Part shown: in pieces, positions 32,669 through 44,500 of the stretch
Position numbering within the stretch: position 1 is the first letter of the stretch
Layout: each line of letters begins with the position of its first letter
Origin: an uncultured bacterium
Lineage (GTDB): Bacteria > Oederibacteriota > JAAXVQ01 > JAUVAV01
Direction of reading: 5' to 3'
Length of the DNA stretch: 64,000 bases
NCBI GenBank assembly: GCA_964630235.1
Contig: CAZVUO010000001.1
Coordinates: 127,419 to 191,418 of the forward strand
The notes under the pieces: model-generated
Databases searched by the model: none
What the model was told of the DNA's origin: nothing
Seen by the model: the letters and a program-made list of their open reading frames with translations, nothing else
Program-made: the position numbers and the translations under genes

Positions 32669-33699
32669 TTACGGCCGCACGCCCCACCCGCGTAACTGTT
32701 CCCGCACCCGGGCCGCTCCCCACAAAGTGGCGCTCACCAGGGACTCCAGGTGCCCGTGGAGGGTACGTTCGTACTGCTTGCGTCGCGAAACGATATTCTT
32801 AAGGCTCGCCGCTGCCTGGCTGGGATCAAAGACCGGCTGCTCCAGTTCTTGCAGCAGGCGGTTCAGCTTGGGGTCTCGTCCAAAACCGGTGACCAGGGCA
32901 CCCGCTTGGATGCCGAGAATAAGGCCATGATAACGCTGGCTGAGCACAAGTTCCGCGCCCGCGAACATTCGTGCCGCGGGTTCCGGGGCCGAGGCAAAGC
33001 CACACTCGCGGAACAAGGCTAGGCGGCGCAGGCGCCCGAGCAGTTCCCTGTCTCCGCGGTTCCCGAGGGCCACGAAGCGGAGGTTGCGGCCAGCCGCCCG
33101 GGCAAGTGCGAAGATCTCCTCCAGCCAGGAGGGGACTTTATACTTCAGCCAATCCGCACGCAGGCATATGACCCAGGTTTTTCCCGAACGGTCTTTCTGC
33201 CAGGGCCGCAGCCATGCCAGATCACCGCCGGGTTGTACGCGCGCCGGCTCCAATCCCTGTTCCAGGCACCAAGCCGAACTTTCCGGATCGCGCGGGATCA
33301 CGAGGTCCACGCGGCGCAAGACCTGTTTCGCCAGCCAGCGGTTCCCTGCCCAGCGCAACGGGATGAAGCCCTGCCCCCACACGATCGTCCGCTTGCCCAG
33401 CCGCCGGGCCCAGTCCAGCAGGCCCAGGTAGTAAACCGGCGAGAAAGGGCCGGACACATCCTGCACCAGCCCGCCGCCGCCGGAAATAAAAACCCGGCAA
33501 CCCCGCAATTCACGCCAGAGAACGCCCGGCCGCCACCGGGCCGCGGCGCGGACGCGGTGCCGCTGTTGGGTGGCCGCCGGGTCCGCAGAGAGCACGGTGA
33601 TCTGTCCGCGCCACAGGGCCAGGGCGCGCAGCAGGCCTTCCAGGATCAACTCGTCGCCCTCGTTGCCAAAACCGTAATACCCGGAAACCAGGATGGTCA
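32669..33699 (-). CDS. csaB: polysaccharide pyruvyl transferase CsaB-like
   Basis: VTILVSGYYGFGNEGDELILEGLLRAL... matches the CsaB N-terminal signature. GTG start at 33699 with AGGGGAG upstream; the ORF-track extension to 33922 adds a non-homologous leader. Confidence 0.75.
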
Positions 33700-35691
33700 C
33701 CCAGCTCCCCTTTCGCCTCTCGCCTTTCGTCCGGTTAGGTTGAGACGCCAGACGCGCCCGCCCACCACAGCCGCGAGGAGCAGCCCAAAAAACAACGCGC
33801 CCAGCCACAGGCCGTGGAATGTGCGCAGCGCGGTCAGGGCCAGCGGCGTATGCACGTGACAAAAGCTGTTGATCAGGGAGACCTGGCCCACCATCCCCAA
33901 GGCCAGGAACAAGCGCGGCCACAGCCGCTCCCGTCCTGCCTGCCAGTACCGGCCGAACAAACCCAGCAGCAGGAGCGGATGCCCCCAGAGGAACTCCTTG
34001 AACCGCGGACGCACGCCCAGCCAGGTTTCCAGCTGGTCACGGACCGCCAGTTCCAGGTCCGGGACCGGCATCCAGGCCGCATGCCCGGTCCGCAGCCACA
34101 ACAGGGCGGCCAGGCCGGCCGCCAGTCCCACGCCGGCCAGCGTGGCCAGACGCCGCCGCCGTTCCCAGCGCGCGCGCCACCAGTGCGGGTCGGTCACATC
34201 CGGAAACAGATACAGCCCGCCCAGGGCCAGCGGGAGGCCATACGCGGCTTTCACGCCCCAGAATTGGTCGGTGCCCAGCAGAAAGTCGCGCTGGTACAGA
34301 AGCACGGCAATCGCGCATCCGGCCAGAAGGTTCCAGAACGTGATCAGGCCGAATTCCTGCGCCGCCTGCTGCACGGCGGACCGCCAGTCCGGCGCGCCGG
34401 GGGAAGGTTCCAAATTCAGCATGCCCAGCGTGAGCAGCGGCACCAGAACGGCCATCAGCCAGGCCGCGATCTTGGTGCTCCACGCCGGCGACCCCTCCCA
34501 GTGCAGGATCAATAGCGCCATGACGCAGAAACCGGCCAGCCAGCGAAAATACAGCGGCCGCAGACGGATGGTCAGCACCCGCTCGATGACGCCCGTGTCG
34601 CGGCCCGTGACCCCGGCCGCCCACAGCGCGGCTTTCCAGGCAAAGAGAAAGATCACCGCACCCAGGCCGAGGTACAGTGCGGCCGCGGCCAAATGGCCGA
34701 TCCGGGCGACCGCCGGCACGGCGGCCGGGCCAAGGGTTATGCCCCGGCGGTTGAGGTCCTGGCTAACGGCCCGGACCAGCGCGAGGCTCTGGTCAAACGG
34801 CCACGAAGCCGGCGGGCTGATGTAGAGCAACCCCACCTGCCGCTCCCGGACCGCGCGCACCAGGCGCAGGCGCAGCTGCCGGAAAGAACGGCGGGACGCC
34901 TCGCGGCTGGTCAGCGCGTGGGCGCGGACCATGGCCCTGCCGTCCTGACGCCTCACGGCCGGCCGCGCGGCCGTCGGCAGGGCAAATTCCGGGATCGCGG
35001 CCAGGGGGCGGCGCAGCCACGGGGTATTGAAATAGGAACGGAAGAACGCCCCGGCATTGATCCCGCCCTTCCAGAGGGGGATGACCACGTCGGGCCGCAG
35101 GGAAGACAGCACCGCGGTAAATTGGTCAAGATCGTGGGTCGCGCCCCAGTCTCCGGCCGGCAGGGCCAAGGCTCGCCGGAAGTTCTCCGGCATGGGACCG
35201 GCCGGGACTTCGAGGATGAACCGGTCCGGTACGATCCGCGGCAGGGGCGCGGGCAGGGTGACATCGCAGATAAATTGCTGTTCGCGGATGCGGACCTGCA
35301 GGTTGGAGAGCCCGAACTGTCCGGTCAGATAAACCACCGCGTTGCTGGTGAGGAGCGTGTCCGACAGCCTGATCTCGATGCGGTCGGGCGCCGGGTGCCA
35401 GGCTTCGGCCAGGTTGAAACGGAGCATGTCCTGCAGGGTATAAGGTTCCCGCACCAGCGTGGTGACGCCGGCGTCCCGCAGCGCCTGGATGGCGCCGGGA
35501 TCCCGGGCCGCAGCGGCCAACAGGCGCTGTTCGGAAAAAGCGAGCTCCACGCTGCGCGGGCGCGTTTCCCGGTCCAGGCGCTGGAAAGTCAGCCCCGCGG
35601 TCCACCCCAGGCTCAAGACCAGGAGCAGGGCCGCGAACCAGCGTTCGAGTGAATTCATGGGGGCGTGAGCCGCTGGTTGCGTTGCCGCCAC
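33697..35691 (-). CDS. large polytopic membrane protein (N-terminal extracytoplasmic domain plus ~10 C-terminal TM helices), csaB-associated
   Basis: 664 aa: signal/TM, ~330-aa soluble domain, then a hydrophobic C-terminal half. The architecture resembles DUF5693-type proteins often encoded beside csaB; this is recollection, not verified. Confidence 0.55.
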   Translation of the reverse strand: MAATQPAAHAPMNSLERWFAALLLVLSLGWTAGLTFQRLDRETRPRSVELAFSEQRLLAAAARDPGAIQALRDAGVTTLVREPYTLQDMLRFNLAEAWHPAPDRIEIRLSDTLLTSNAVVYLTGQFGLSNLQVRIREQQFICDVTLPAPLPRIVPDRFILEVPAGPMPENFRRALALPAGDWGATHDLDQFTAVLSSLRPDVVIPLWKGGINAGAFFRSYFNTPWLRRPLAAIPEFALPTAARPAVRRQDGRAMVRAHALTSREASRRSFRQLRLRLVRAVRERQVGLLYISPPASWPFDQSLALVRAVSQDLNRRGITLGPAAVPAVARIGHLAAAALYLGLGAVIFLFAWKAALWAAGVTGRDTGVIERVLTIRLRPLYFRWLAGFCVMALLILHWEGSPAWSTKIAAWLMAVLVPLLTLGMLNLEPSPGAPDWRSAVQQAAQEFGLITFWNLLAGCAIAVLLYQRDFLLGTDQFWGVKAAYGLPLALGGLYLFPDVTDPHWWRARWERRRRLATLAGVGLAAGLAALLWLRTGHAAWMPVPDLELAVRDQLETWLGVRPRFKEFLWGHPLLLLGLFGRYWQAGRERLWPRLFLALGMVGQVSLINSFCHVHTPLALTALRTFHGLWLGALFFGLLLAAVVGGRVWRLNLTGRKARGERGAG

Positions 35692-36662
35692 TTGGCGCGC
35701 TTGTGCGCGTCAAAATCCTCGGAAAAGACATGGCGTCCGTCCGGCCCGACCACGAAAAACATATAGTTGGTCTGTGCCGGATAGGCCGCGGCGCGGATCG
35801 CGGCCAGTCCGGGATTGCCGATGGGTCCTGGCGGCAGGCCGGCATGCCGGTAGGTATTATAAGGAGAAACGGTCTGGAGGTCCTCCAGGCTCAAACTGCC
35901 GGACAGGCGTCCCTGGCTGTAGAGCACGGTAGCGCAGGATTCGAGGCGCTTGCGGGCCCGCAGGCGGTTGTAAAAGATGGATGCCACGATTTCGCGCTCG
36001 TCGGGTTGCGCGACCTCCCGCTCGATGATGGACGCCAGGGTGATGAGCTGCAGCGGGTTCAAGCCCTGCGCCTCGCCCGCCGCGAACAGGTCCCGGCCGA
36101 CCTGGGCATGGAAGCGGTCCACCATGCGGCGCGCCACGTCCCGCGGGCTCAAGCCTTTGGTCAGGCGGTAGGTATCCGGAAATAGGAACCCTTCCAGGCT
36201 GGGCGCGGGCACGCCCCACTCCCGCGCCAGGTCCGGGTCGCGGACCACGGCCATAAACGCCTCGCGCCCCAACAGGCCGGCATCCTCCAAACGCGCCGCG
36301 ATCTGGGCCGCGGTGAACCCCTCGGGCACGGACAGAGGCCGCTGCACCACGTCGCCGGCCGCCAGACGGCGCACGACTTCGGGCAGTGGCTGGCGCGGCG
36401 GAAAGGCGTACTCACCGGCCTTGAGCTTGCGGGCCGAACCGGAGAGCAGCACATAGGTTCTAAACGCCCAGCCCTGGCGGATCACACCGGCTTCGCGCAG
36501 CTGGCGGGCCATGGCCCGGATTCCGGTGCCGGGCGCAATCTCCACCACGCGCGGCGCCTGACCGCCAATGCCGCTCAGCGTCAGCCAGGCCAGCAGCCAC
36601 AACCCGGCCGCTCCGGCCAGTCCGACCAACCACCACCAGGGGCGGCGCAAAAAAAGGAACAT
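35655..36662 (-). CDS. mltG: endolytic murein transglycosylase MltG/YceG
   Basis: N-terminal TM then a YceG-like domain (...KAGEYAFPPRQPLPEVVRRLAAGDVV... FVVGPDGRHVFSEDFDAHKRA). Confidence 0.85.
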   Translation of the reverse strand: MFLFLRRPWWWLVGLAGAAGLWLLAWLTLSGIGGQAPRVVEIAPGTGIRAMARQLREAGVIRQGWAFRTYVLLSGSARKLKAGEYAFPPRQPLPEVVRRLAAGDVVQRPLSVPEGFTAAQIAARLEDAGLLGREAFMAVVRDPDLAREWGVPAPSLEGFLFPDTYRLTKGLSPRDVARRMVDRFHAQVGRDLFAAGEAQGLNPLQLITLASIIEREVAQPDEREIVASIFYNRLRARKRLESCATVLYSQGRLSGSLSLEDLQTVSPYNTYRHAGLPPGPIGNPGLAAIRAAAYPAQTNYMFFVVGPDGRHVFSEDFDAHKRAKWRQRNQRLTPP

Positions 36663-36781
36663 CAGGATTCTTTCCTTTGAGAAGAATTTAAAAAATCATC
36701 CCCTCCCGCCATGAACGGGGGAGAGGCGAAGAGGTCAGAAAGTGTTTATAGCATAGTCGCAGGCCAGGTTCAATCCGGACC

Positions 36782-38227
36782 CTACCGCATGATCGCCAGC
36801 TTGCCGCGGCTGGACCGGCCTTCGGGATCGGTGATGATGTACAGGTAGACCCCGGAGGCCACGGCCTGGCCGCGGTCGTTGGTCAGCGCCCACTGGGCCT
36901 GTCCGGTGTCGCCGGGGTTTTGGGTCAGTCCGCCGTCCGCCGTCCATCCGGGCGGCAGAGCGGTGACGCGCCGGCCGTCAACCGTGTAAATGCGGATCGT
37001 GGCGTTGCGGCTCAAGTTCAGGAAGACCATCCGCGACCGCACCCAGGGCAGCTCGCCGTTCCAGGGGTTGGGATAGACGATGACCTGGTCCAGGTCCGGT
37101 GCGCTGCGCAGGGGCGTGGACGTGATGGTCACGGTCGGCGTGATGGTCGCCGTGGGACTGATGGTCGCGGTTGGCGAGATCGTGCTGGTCAAGGTCATGG
37201 TCCGCGTGGGCGTGACGGTCCGCGTGGGCGTGACGGTGGAGGTTCTCGTACTGGTGGGTGAAGCCGTGCGCGTCCGGGTAATGGTCGGCGTCGGCGTGCA
37301 GGTGCGCGTCAGCGTGATGGTGAAGGTTTGGGTCGGGGTATGCACGGGTGAATGCGTGCTGGTCGGGGAGATCGTGGACGTTCGCGTGATCGTCGGCGTG
37401 GCCGTGGCGGTCGGCGATTGGGTAAACGTCCCGGTCCGCGTGGCCGTGGGTGTGTGCGTCCTGCTCGCGGTATACGTGGGCGTGGGCGTGGCCGTGAGGC
37501 TGGGCGTGGCGGTCAGGGTGATCGTAAACGTCAGCGTGCGGGTGGCGGATTCCGTGGCCGTGGAGGTGGCGGAGGCGGTCGGCGTGCCTGTGGCCGAGGG
37601 CGTGGCCGTGCGGCTGGGCGTGGGCGTGTCCGTGAAGGTCGGCGTGCCGGCCGGAGTGGGCGTGAACGTGGAGGTAGGCGTGAAGGTCGGCGTGCCGACT
37701 TCCGTGGCATAAATGCAAAACCTGCTGCTGGGCAATACCCCGGTCGGCGTTCCAAAGGGGTCGGGAAAGGTTCCGTAGGTAAACGGGCTTCTGTCCCGGG
37801 TTTTCCAATAGTCAGGATCGCCGTCATAGATCGCGATGTAAACGGAATTGTTGGAAACCTGGTTGGCCAGCCAATAGGTCTCGCCGGCGGTTACGGCCGT
37901 AGTGGGGATCACGAAAGTGTTCCACCCGTTCACCAGGGATTGAGAAGCGCTTTGGGCCAGAAGGGTCCCTGGCGTATTGGGGCCGCCGTTCCCATAAATG
38001 GCTGCGCGTCCGTTGCCGCCCCCGGCATCCGTGATATACAGCAGGATCCGGTTGACAGTGCCCGTGGCCGGAGCATCAAACTGCGTAGCGGACAGATACC
38101 CTTGATTGTTATAGAGCGCGAGACTTCCGGTCCCCTGCTCGCCGAAGGTCACGGCGTCGGCCGGGACACCCAGCAGCAGCCCTAAGCCGGCGGCAGCCAA
38201 AATGTTTCGCCACTCCCAACGTCTCAT
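36782..38227 (-). CDS. secreted protein: conserved ~180-aa N-terminal domain (DUF4082-like?) + Thr/Pro-rich linker + C-terminal sorting-type beta-sandwich domain (paralog 1)
   Basis: Signal peptide. VTFGEQGTG...[24 protein letters not shown]...[23 protein letters not shown]... ~250-aa (T-P-T/S/R) low-complexity linker. C-terminus ...[10 protein letters not shown]...[11 protein letters not shown]...GVYLYIITD...GKLAIMR. Confidence 0.7.
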   Translation of the reverse strand: MRRWEWRNILAAAGLGLLLGVPADAVTFGEQGTGSLALYNNQGYLSATQFDAPATGTVNRILLYITDAGGGNGRAAIYGNGGPNTPGTLLAQSASQSLVNGWNTFVIPTTAVTAGETYWLANQVSNNSVYIAIYDGDPDYWKTRDRSPFTYGTFPDPFGTPTGVLPSSRFCIYATEVGTPTFTPTSTFTPTPAGTPTFTDTPTPSRTATPSATGTPTASATSTATESATRTLTFTITLTATPSLTATPTPTYTASRTHTPTATRTGTFTQSPTATATPTITRTSTISPTSTHSPVHTPTQTFTITLTRTCTPTPTITRTRTASPTSTRTSTVTPTRTVTPTRTMTLTSTISPTATISPTATITPTVTITSTPLRSAPDLDQVIVYPNPWNGELPWVRSRMVFLNLSRNATIRIYTVDGRRVTALPPGWTADGGLTQNPGDTGQAQWALTNDRGQAVASGVYLYIITDPEGRSSRGKLAIMR

Positions 38228-38249
38228 GCCCGCCCTCTTTCCGTGTATT

Positions 38250-39416
38250 TCATGGCGCGATGGCCATCTTTCCTCTGAGCCAACGGCGGCCCTGCTGATC
38301 CTCGAGCTGTATCCTTAGATAATACACCCCTGCGGCCAGTTCCCGGGTGGAAAACGCGGTGACCGCCCTGCCGTCCAGGCTGAAAGTCTCGTCCGTCACC
38401 AGCAGCACGCGCTCGCCGGCGGGGTTATACACCTCCACCCAGGCCCGCGTGGCGCCCGAACAGGCATAAGACAGCTGCACGCGCTCGCGCGCCGGCTGGG
38501 GGAAGACCCGCATGTCCTCCCCGGCCAGATCCGGCGCTGCGGTCAATGTGGCCGAGCGCGAGGACGCAGCCGCCGGTGTCAGGGTAGGGGTCACGGTTCC
38601 CGTGGGCGTGATGGTTCCGGTGGGCGTGATGGTCCCCGTGGGAGAGAGGGTCGGCGTTCGGCTGACCGTGGGTGTCATGGTCGGACTGTACACCGGCGAA
38701 CGCGTGCTGCTGACTGTGATGGTCCTGGTCCGGCTCGCGGTCGGGGTCGCGGTGCGCGTGGAGGTGCCGGTCGCGGTGCGCGTGATCGTAGGGGTCTGGG
38801 TCGGACTGTACACCGGCGACGGGGTGCCGGTCGCGGTGCGCGTGCGCGTGGCTGTAAACGTCGCCGTGCCGCCGGGCGTGGGCGTGGCGGTTCCCGTGAT
38901 CTCCGTGGCGTAGATGCAGAAGCGCCAGGGCTGCGCGCCCGTGGGAGAGCCAAAGGGAGCGGGGAAACTCCCGTACGCATACGGCCATCGCTCGCGGCTC
39001 TTGAAAAAGTTAGGATCGTCGTTATAGAGTCCCACGGTCGTAATGGTGTTGGAAAGCTGGTTGGCCAGCCAGTAGGTCGCCCCACTGGTCACGGCCGTTT
39101 CCGGGATCACGAAGGCGTTCCAGCCGGTGACCAGCGGTTGGGAGGCGCTTTCCGCCAGCAGCGCGCCCGGCAGATTCAGGCCGCCGTCGCCGTACAAAGC
39201 CACCCGGCCGCTGGCCCCTCCGGTCACCGTGACATAGAAGAAGATGCGGTTGACCGCGCCGGCCGCCGGGCAGCTGAACTGCGTGGCGGTCAGGAAATTC
39301 TGGTTGTCGTAGATTTCGTAGTTCCCCGTCCCCTGCTCGCCAAAGGTGACAGCCTCGGCGGTCGCGGCGGTTAGGGCCAGAGCCAGCAGCGCGAGGCCAG
39401 GGCCGCGAAAGGTCAT
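38250..39416 (-). CDS. secreted protein, paralog 2 of the preceding gene (same N-domain, shorter TP linker, same C-terminal sorting-type domain)
   Basis: [22 protein letters not shown] signal; N-domain ~55% identical to paralog 1; C-terminus ...[16 protein letters not shown]...[11 protein letters not shown]...GVYYLRIQ...GKMAIAP. GAGGGAG RBS 5 nt upstream of the ATG at 39416. Confidence 0.7.
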   Translation of the reverse strand: MTFRGPGLALLALALTAATAEAVTFGEQGTGNYEIYDNQNFLTATQFSCPAAGAVNRIFFYVTVTGGASGRVALYGDGGLNLPGALLAESASQPLVTGWNAFVIPETAVTSGATYWLANQLSNTITTVGLYNDDPNFFKSRERWPYAYGSFPAPFGSPTGAQPWRFCIYATEITGTATPTPGGTATFTATRTRTATGTPSPVYSPTQTPTITRTATGTSTRTATPTASRTRTITVSSTRSPVYSPTMTPTVSRTPTLSPTGTITPTGTITPTGTVTPTLTPAAASSRSATLTAAPDLAGEDMRVFPQPARERVQLSYACSGATRAWVEVYNPAGERVLLVTDETFSLDGRAVTAFSTRELAAGVYYLRIQLEDQQGRRWLRGKMAIAP

Positions 39417-39429
39417 GGCTCCCTCTCGA

Positions 39430-41310
39430 TTAACGCACCACGACAAACTTTTTCTTGATCGTCCGCTTGCCCCCCGCGTCCTCCACCTGGAGGGTGGCGT
39501 AGTAGAACCCCGGCGCCAGGGCGCGGGTGTCCAGGTCCGTAACCGCGTTCCCGCGCACGGCCTGGGGCTGGTCCTCGACGCGGGCCACGATCTCGCCCGT
39601 GGCGTTGAAGATCACGATCTTGACCTGGCCAGGCCCTTCGAAATGGTAGATAAAGCGCGCCACCTCCCTGGCCGGCTGGGGAAAGACCACGCTTTCGTCG
39701 GACCGCAAGATATAGGGAGTCGTCGTGGATGTGATGGTAATGGTCGGAGTGATAGTCCTTGTAGGGGTAATCGTAGAAGTTGGCGTGAACGTGGAAGTAC
39801 GAGTAATCGTGGGCGTTGATGTTCTCGTTGGTGTTCTGGTACGTGTGGGAGTTATAGTAGGGGTCGGAGTGATCGTCGGTGTGGCAGTGTGGGTGGGGGT
39901 AATGGTCGGGGTCGGGAAGATGCTTAGAGCACGGAGCACATTAATTCGACCGCTGCCGATGGCTGATGAACTTCCAGAATCAACGCTATCGCAGTTACTT
40001 AGTATCCTCGTTCTGATTTGGGCTGATGTCATCGCGGGCCAGGCAAGCTTGATCATAGCGGCCAGTGCTGAAACCTGCGGGCAAGAAAAGGAAGTCCCAT
40101 CCACAGAACTCCAACCACCTGTGTTTGCAGTAGATGTGACACCGTTGTCTTCCGGAAACGAAGGATGATATTGTTGTAATGCCCCTCCAGGAGCGACACA
40201 GTCCAATCGCGAAGCATCGTAAGGGCTGCAGTAATTTGAATAATAGGTAATAAAATCCTCTGAGTCGGTTGCTCCGACACTCATAACACTCGCATAACAC
40301 GCAGGATACCGAGGCGCAGTTGCCAAATTAATATTCTCATTTCCTGCAGAGGCGACCATTAATTTGCCGGCGCTATTAGCGTAATTAATTGCCGTCAAAA
40401 TCGTGGCTGAATCAGTGCCGGTGGTGAAACTCATGCTCAAGATATCCGCCCCATTATCTACAGCCCAGGTAATCCCATCCGCGATATCAATAAATGTTCC
40501 AGCGGCGTCTTGGTCCAGTACTTTTACGGGCATGATCTTCACCCGGTTATCATAAGCTGTTCCCGCAATCCCGCTGCTATTGTTAATAATGGCTGCGATC
40601 GTGCCCGCAGCGTGTGTGCCATGTCCATAAATTGGGCGGCCGCCGAAAAAGATATTGTCATCGTTGGTATTTGTGTTGTTAAGGATTACGTTGTATCCCG
40701 GAACCAACCGACCGGAAAATTCAGCATGGTCGGCGTCAACACCCGTATCTAAAACCGCCACCACCACCTGCTGGGTGTTGAAAAAATAATTAGCCGCTTT
40801 AGCCGCGTCCCCACGCGTGCGGTTGATCCACCATTGCGTAAACCCATTTACATAATAAGTGTCGTTGAATGAACCTCCGATAGGTGTATAGGTAGTTGAA
40901 ATAGCCGCTGCGTAAACACGGCCATTAGGCTCGATGGCTTCGATTATTGCGTTCCCTCGCATGGCAGCCAACGCAGAAGCCACTGATTGCCCTGCGGGGA
41001 GTTCCAATAGATTCCAGTCTTTCAACCTCGTTTGACGCTTTACCCGAGTTTTAAAATGACGGTGAAATGCCGCCTCCGCAGTTGCGATATTTATGGCACT
41101 GGCTTGTACCTGGGTATTAAATCGCATACGGTCTTCCGCAGTTAGAACACTCTTATACTTGACTAATATTTCACCCTCAAAGTAGTCATTTGTCTTTTGG
41201 CAGGGATGCGGAAGAATTGGCATACCTGTTTTATCCGGACGATTGGCGGAAAACACCACTGAGGGGTAAAGGGCAATTATTAATATCAACAATCGGGAAA
41301 TACAGTTCAT
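39430..41310 (-). CDS. secreted S8 subtilisin-like serine protease + TP linker + C-terminal sorting-type domain (AT-rich gene)
   Basis: Signal MNCISRLLILIIALYPSVVFS; catalytic triad contexts VAVLDTGVDADHAEF / HGTHAAGTIAA / GTSFSCPQVSALAAM; TP-rich linker; C-terminus ...[17 protein letters not shown]...GFYYATLQVEDAGGKRTIKKKFVVVR. GGAGAGGTG RBS before the ATG at 41310. Confidence 0.85.
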   Translation of the reverse strand: MNCISRLLILIIALYPSVVFSANRPDKTGMPILPHPCQKTNDYFEGEILVKYKSVLTAEDRMRFNTQVQASAINIATAEAAFHRHFKTRVKRQTRLKDWNLLELPAGQSVASALAAMRGNAIIEAIEPNGRVYAAAISTTYTPIGGSFNDTYYVNGFTQWWINRTRGDAAKAANYFFNTQQVVVAVLDTGVDADHAEFSGRLVPGYNVILNNTNTNDDNIFFGGRPIYGHGTHAAGTIAAIINNSSGIAGTAYDNRVKIMPVKVLDQDAAGTFIDIADGITWAVDNGADILSMSFTTGTDSATILTAINYANSAGKLMVASAGNENINLATAPRYPACYASVMSVGATDSEDFITYYSNYCSPYDASRLDCVAPGGALQQYHPSFPEDNGVTSTANTGGWSSVDGTSFSCPQVSALAAMIKLAWPAMTSAQIRTRILSNCDSVDSGSSSAIGSGRINVLRALSIFPTPTITPTHTATPTITPTPTITPTRTRTPTRTSTPTITRTSTFTPTSTITPTRTITPTITITSTTTPYILRSDESVVFPQPAREVARFIYHFEGPGQVKIVIFNATGEIVARVEDQPQAVRGNAVTDLDTRALAPGFYYATLQVEDAGGKRTIKKKFVVVR

Positions 41311-41518
41311 TGTCGCACCTCTCCCTTTATAATAAGCATGTCCAAGTATAACAAGGCTTCCTATGAGAGGCAAGAGGTGCCGCCTCATTCTTTTAATTAA
41401 AATACCGACAAAACAAAGCTTTTTGTTTGCGTTTTGGGCACAATTCAAATACCCTTTTAAATATATAGAACATATTAGTAATTGATCGGGTTAATGAATG
41501 ACTCTCCAGGAGGAATCA

Positions 41519-44500
41519 TGGACAAATATTATAAAAACGGTTTGTTGTGGGTTACCCTTCTTTCCCTTGCAAGCGTCCCTTACCTATCAAGTCAAATATT
41601 CCATCACGAACAGGGCGAAGGCTTAATAAAAAATCAATCCGAGTGTTTTAACCATAGCAATGACAGATTGATTTATTTATCAAAAACTTTAGTACACCCC
41701 AAAGTCCTGCGGGCGGGCGCAACTAAATCCTGGATTGATAAAGCTCTTGAAACAATTGAAAATTATGAATATTTAGTGACCCACATTTCAGCGCGTCCCC
41801 AAGCAACCAATAGGCAACAAAATTTTCGTTCTTTTTTTGAACCTCAGGGAGTCACACTGCATCCTCGTGGTTTATCACAACGAAACCAGCATCGAGAACA
41901 TTCGAAGTCGTCATTAATAAATCGAAACAATAAAAATGTTCCACTTCCATCATGGAAGTGGAAATGGGAGACTAAAGAATTTGGCAGACGAGGTCTTTTA
42001 CACCCAATTTCCCCAGCCAAACCCATAATTAATGGCAATCGTGTAGAATATAATCGAGGTCCAATAACAGAGTGGTATGAAAACCGCCCGGAAGGTTTGG
42101 AACAAGGATTTATTATATTTCAAAGGCCAACTATTTCTGCAACCACTCTATCTTCAACTAATTTACCTAATAATGAATGGGTTATTATTGCTTCACATGA
42201 AATACAGGATTTGAAATTACGGCTCTCCTTCGATAATAAAAGCATATACTTTCTTGATAATAACCAAAATATTGTACTGGAATATGGGCAACTATTAGTT
42301 AAAGATAGAAATCAACATATATTACCCTCTAAATTGGGGGTTGAAAATAACAGGATTATTCTATCTTTTTCCGATAAAAATGCTACCTATCCCATAGTTA
42401 TTGATCCTTTACTAACCGCCCCCTCTTGGGCCAGAGAAAGTAATCAGGCCTTCGCTTTCTTTGGTTGTAGTGTAGCAAGTGCAGGAGATGTCAATGGTGA
42501 TGGATTTAGTGATGTACTTATTGGCGCATATGGTTTCGATAATGGCGAATCTGGCGAAGGACGCGCTTTTGTTTATCACGGAAGCGCATCCGGCCTTTCT
42601 TCAGTACCAAATTGGTCCGCAGAAGTTAATCAAGCTGACGCCCATTTCGGATGGTCGGTTTCTTCGGCCGGAGATGTTAATGGCGATGGATTTAGTGATG
42701 TAATTATCGGAGCCTACAAATATGATAACGGTGAAACCGACGAAGGCCGAGTTTATGTTTACCATGGTAGTCCATCAGGCCTCACTGTTTCACCCAATTG
42801 GACCGCCGAAGGTAATGAATCGAATGCTGTTTTCGGGTATTCCTTGGCTACCGCCGGTGATGTCAATAATGACGGTTATAGCGATATATTAATTGGTTTT
42901 AGAAATCACGTGTGCGTTTTTCACGGCAGTTCGACCGGCCTATCCAACACCCCCGCTTGGCTATACACAAACAATCAACCTGATTCCAACTTTGGCTATT
43001 CTGTAGCAGGAGCCGGAGATACCAATGGTGATGGGTTTAGCGATATTATCGTTGGGGATCATGGATTTGACAATGGTGAAACAAATGAAGGTAGTGCATA
43101 TGTCTTTCTCGGGAGCCCCACGGGTGTTACTACTACAGCCTTCTGGACTGCCGAAAGTAATCAAGCAGAGGCCTGGTTTGGCTTTTCCGTAGCCTGTGCG
43201 GGCGATGTTAATGGCGATGGATACAGTGACGTAATCATTGGGGCCCCCTATTGCGATAATCCCGAAACAAGTGAAGGCTTGGCATATGTATTTCATGGTA
43301 GTACATCGGGTCTTGCCCCTGTAGCATCATGGGTAGCCGAAAACAATCTTGCATTTAACTTTTTAGGATATTCCGTGTCCGGTGCTGGTGACATTAATGG
43401 AGATGGTTTCGGCGATGTTCTTGTTGGTATCCGCGGATATGACAATGGTCAGTCAGATGAGGGGCAGGCGTGCGTTTATCACGGAAGCGCAAGCGGACTT
43501 GCTACCGCACCATCATGGTCTGCCGAAGGCAACCTCGAATACAGCAGTTTCGCTAACGCTTTATCTAGTGCCGGCGATGTTAATGGCGATGGTTATAGCG
43601 ATGTAATTATTGGTGCATCGACTTATGATAATGGCGAAGCAGACGAGGGCCGGGCGTTCGTATTCAACGGAAGTGCTGTTGGTTTGACCCCAACCGCTTA
43701 TTGGTCCAACGAGAATAACCAGCCAGGTTCGCGACTGTCTACTTCCGCCGCTTATGCAGGAGACCTGAACGGTGATGGTTATAGTGATTTAATTGTAGGA
43801 GCCCCTTATTATGACGGAGTTTATAACGAAGCTGGCCGAGTGTATATTTTTCTTGGTAAATATGAAGGATTAAGTTTGACTGCCAACCAAACTATAGATG
43901 GTGGGATAGCCAGCGCTCTTTTTGGTTCTTGCGTATCGACGGCAGGCGATGTAAATGGCGATGGATTTTGCGATGCAATTGTTGGGGCCCCACATTTTAG
44001 TAATGGCGAAAGCAACGAGGGAATTGCTTATGTGTTTTATGGAAACGCCACCGGTCTTAATGCGAGTGCTTCATGGTCTTTTGAAAGTAATCAGATCGGC
44101 GCTCAATATGGATCTGCCGTATCTTCTGCTGGTGACGTAAACGGGGATGGATATGCAGATGTTTTAATATCATCGCCTTTTTATAACAACCTCGGAAGAG
44201 TATATTTATTCTTAGGTGGCGCCTCTGGCCTAGATAGTAATCCAGCTTGGTATGCCGAAGGAGATCAGATTAATGCGCAATTTGGCTCTGCAATCTCAAG
44301 TTGTGGAGACGTTAATGGTGATGGTTTTGCCGATATCGTTATCGGTGCCCCATTCTATGATAACGGCCAAACTGACGAGGGACGTGCGTTCGTATATTTG
44401 GGTCATTCAGGCGGATTAAGCAACCTTCCTGTATGGACCACCGAGAGCGGTCAAGCAGATGCGCAATATGGCCGTTCTGTTTCTTCGGCCGGAGATGTAA

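Noticed and set aside
37080-37712. Val/Gly-rich 210-aa plus-strand ORF and the possibility of a CRISPR-like repeat array
   Set aside because: It is the antisense of the Thr/Pro linker-coding repeats of the secreted paralog. The repeats are degenerate, have no unique spacers, and are in-frame coding sequence.
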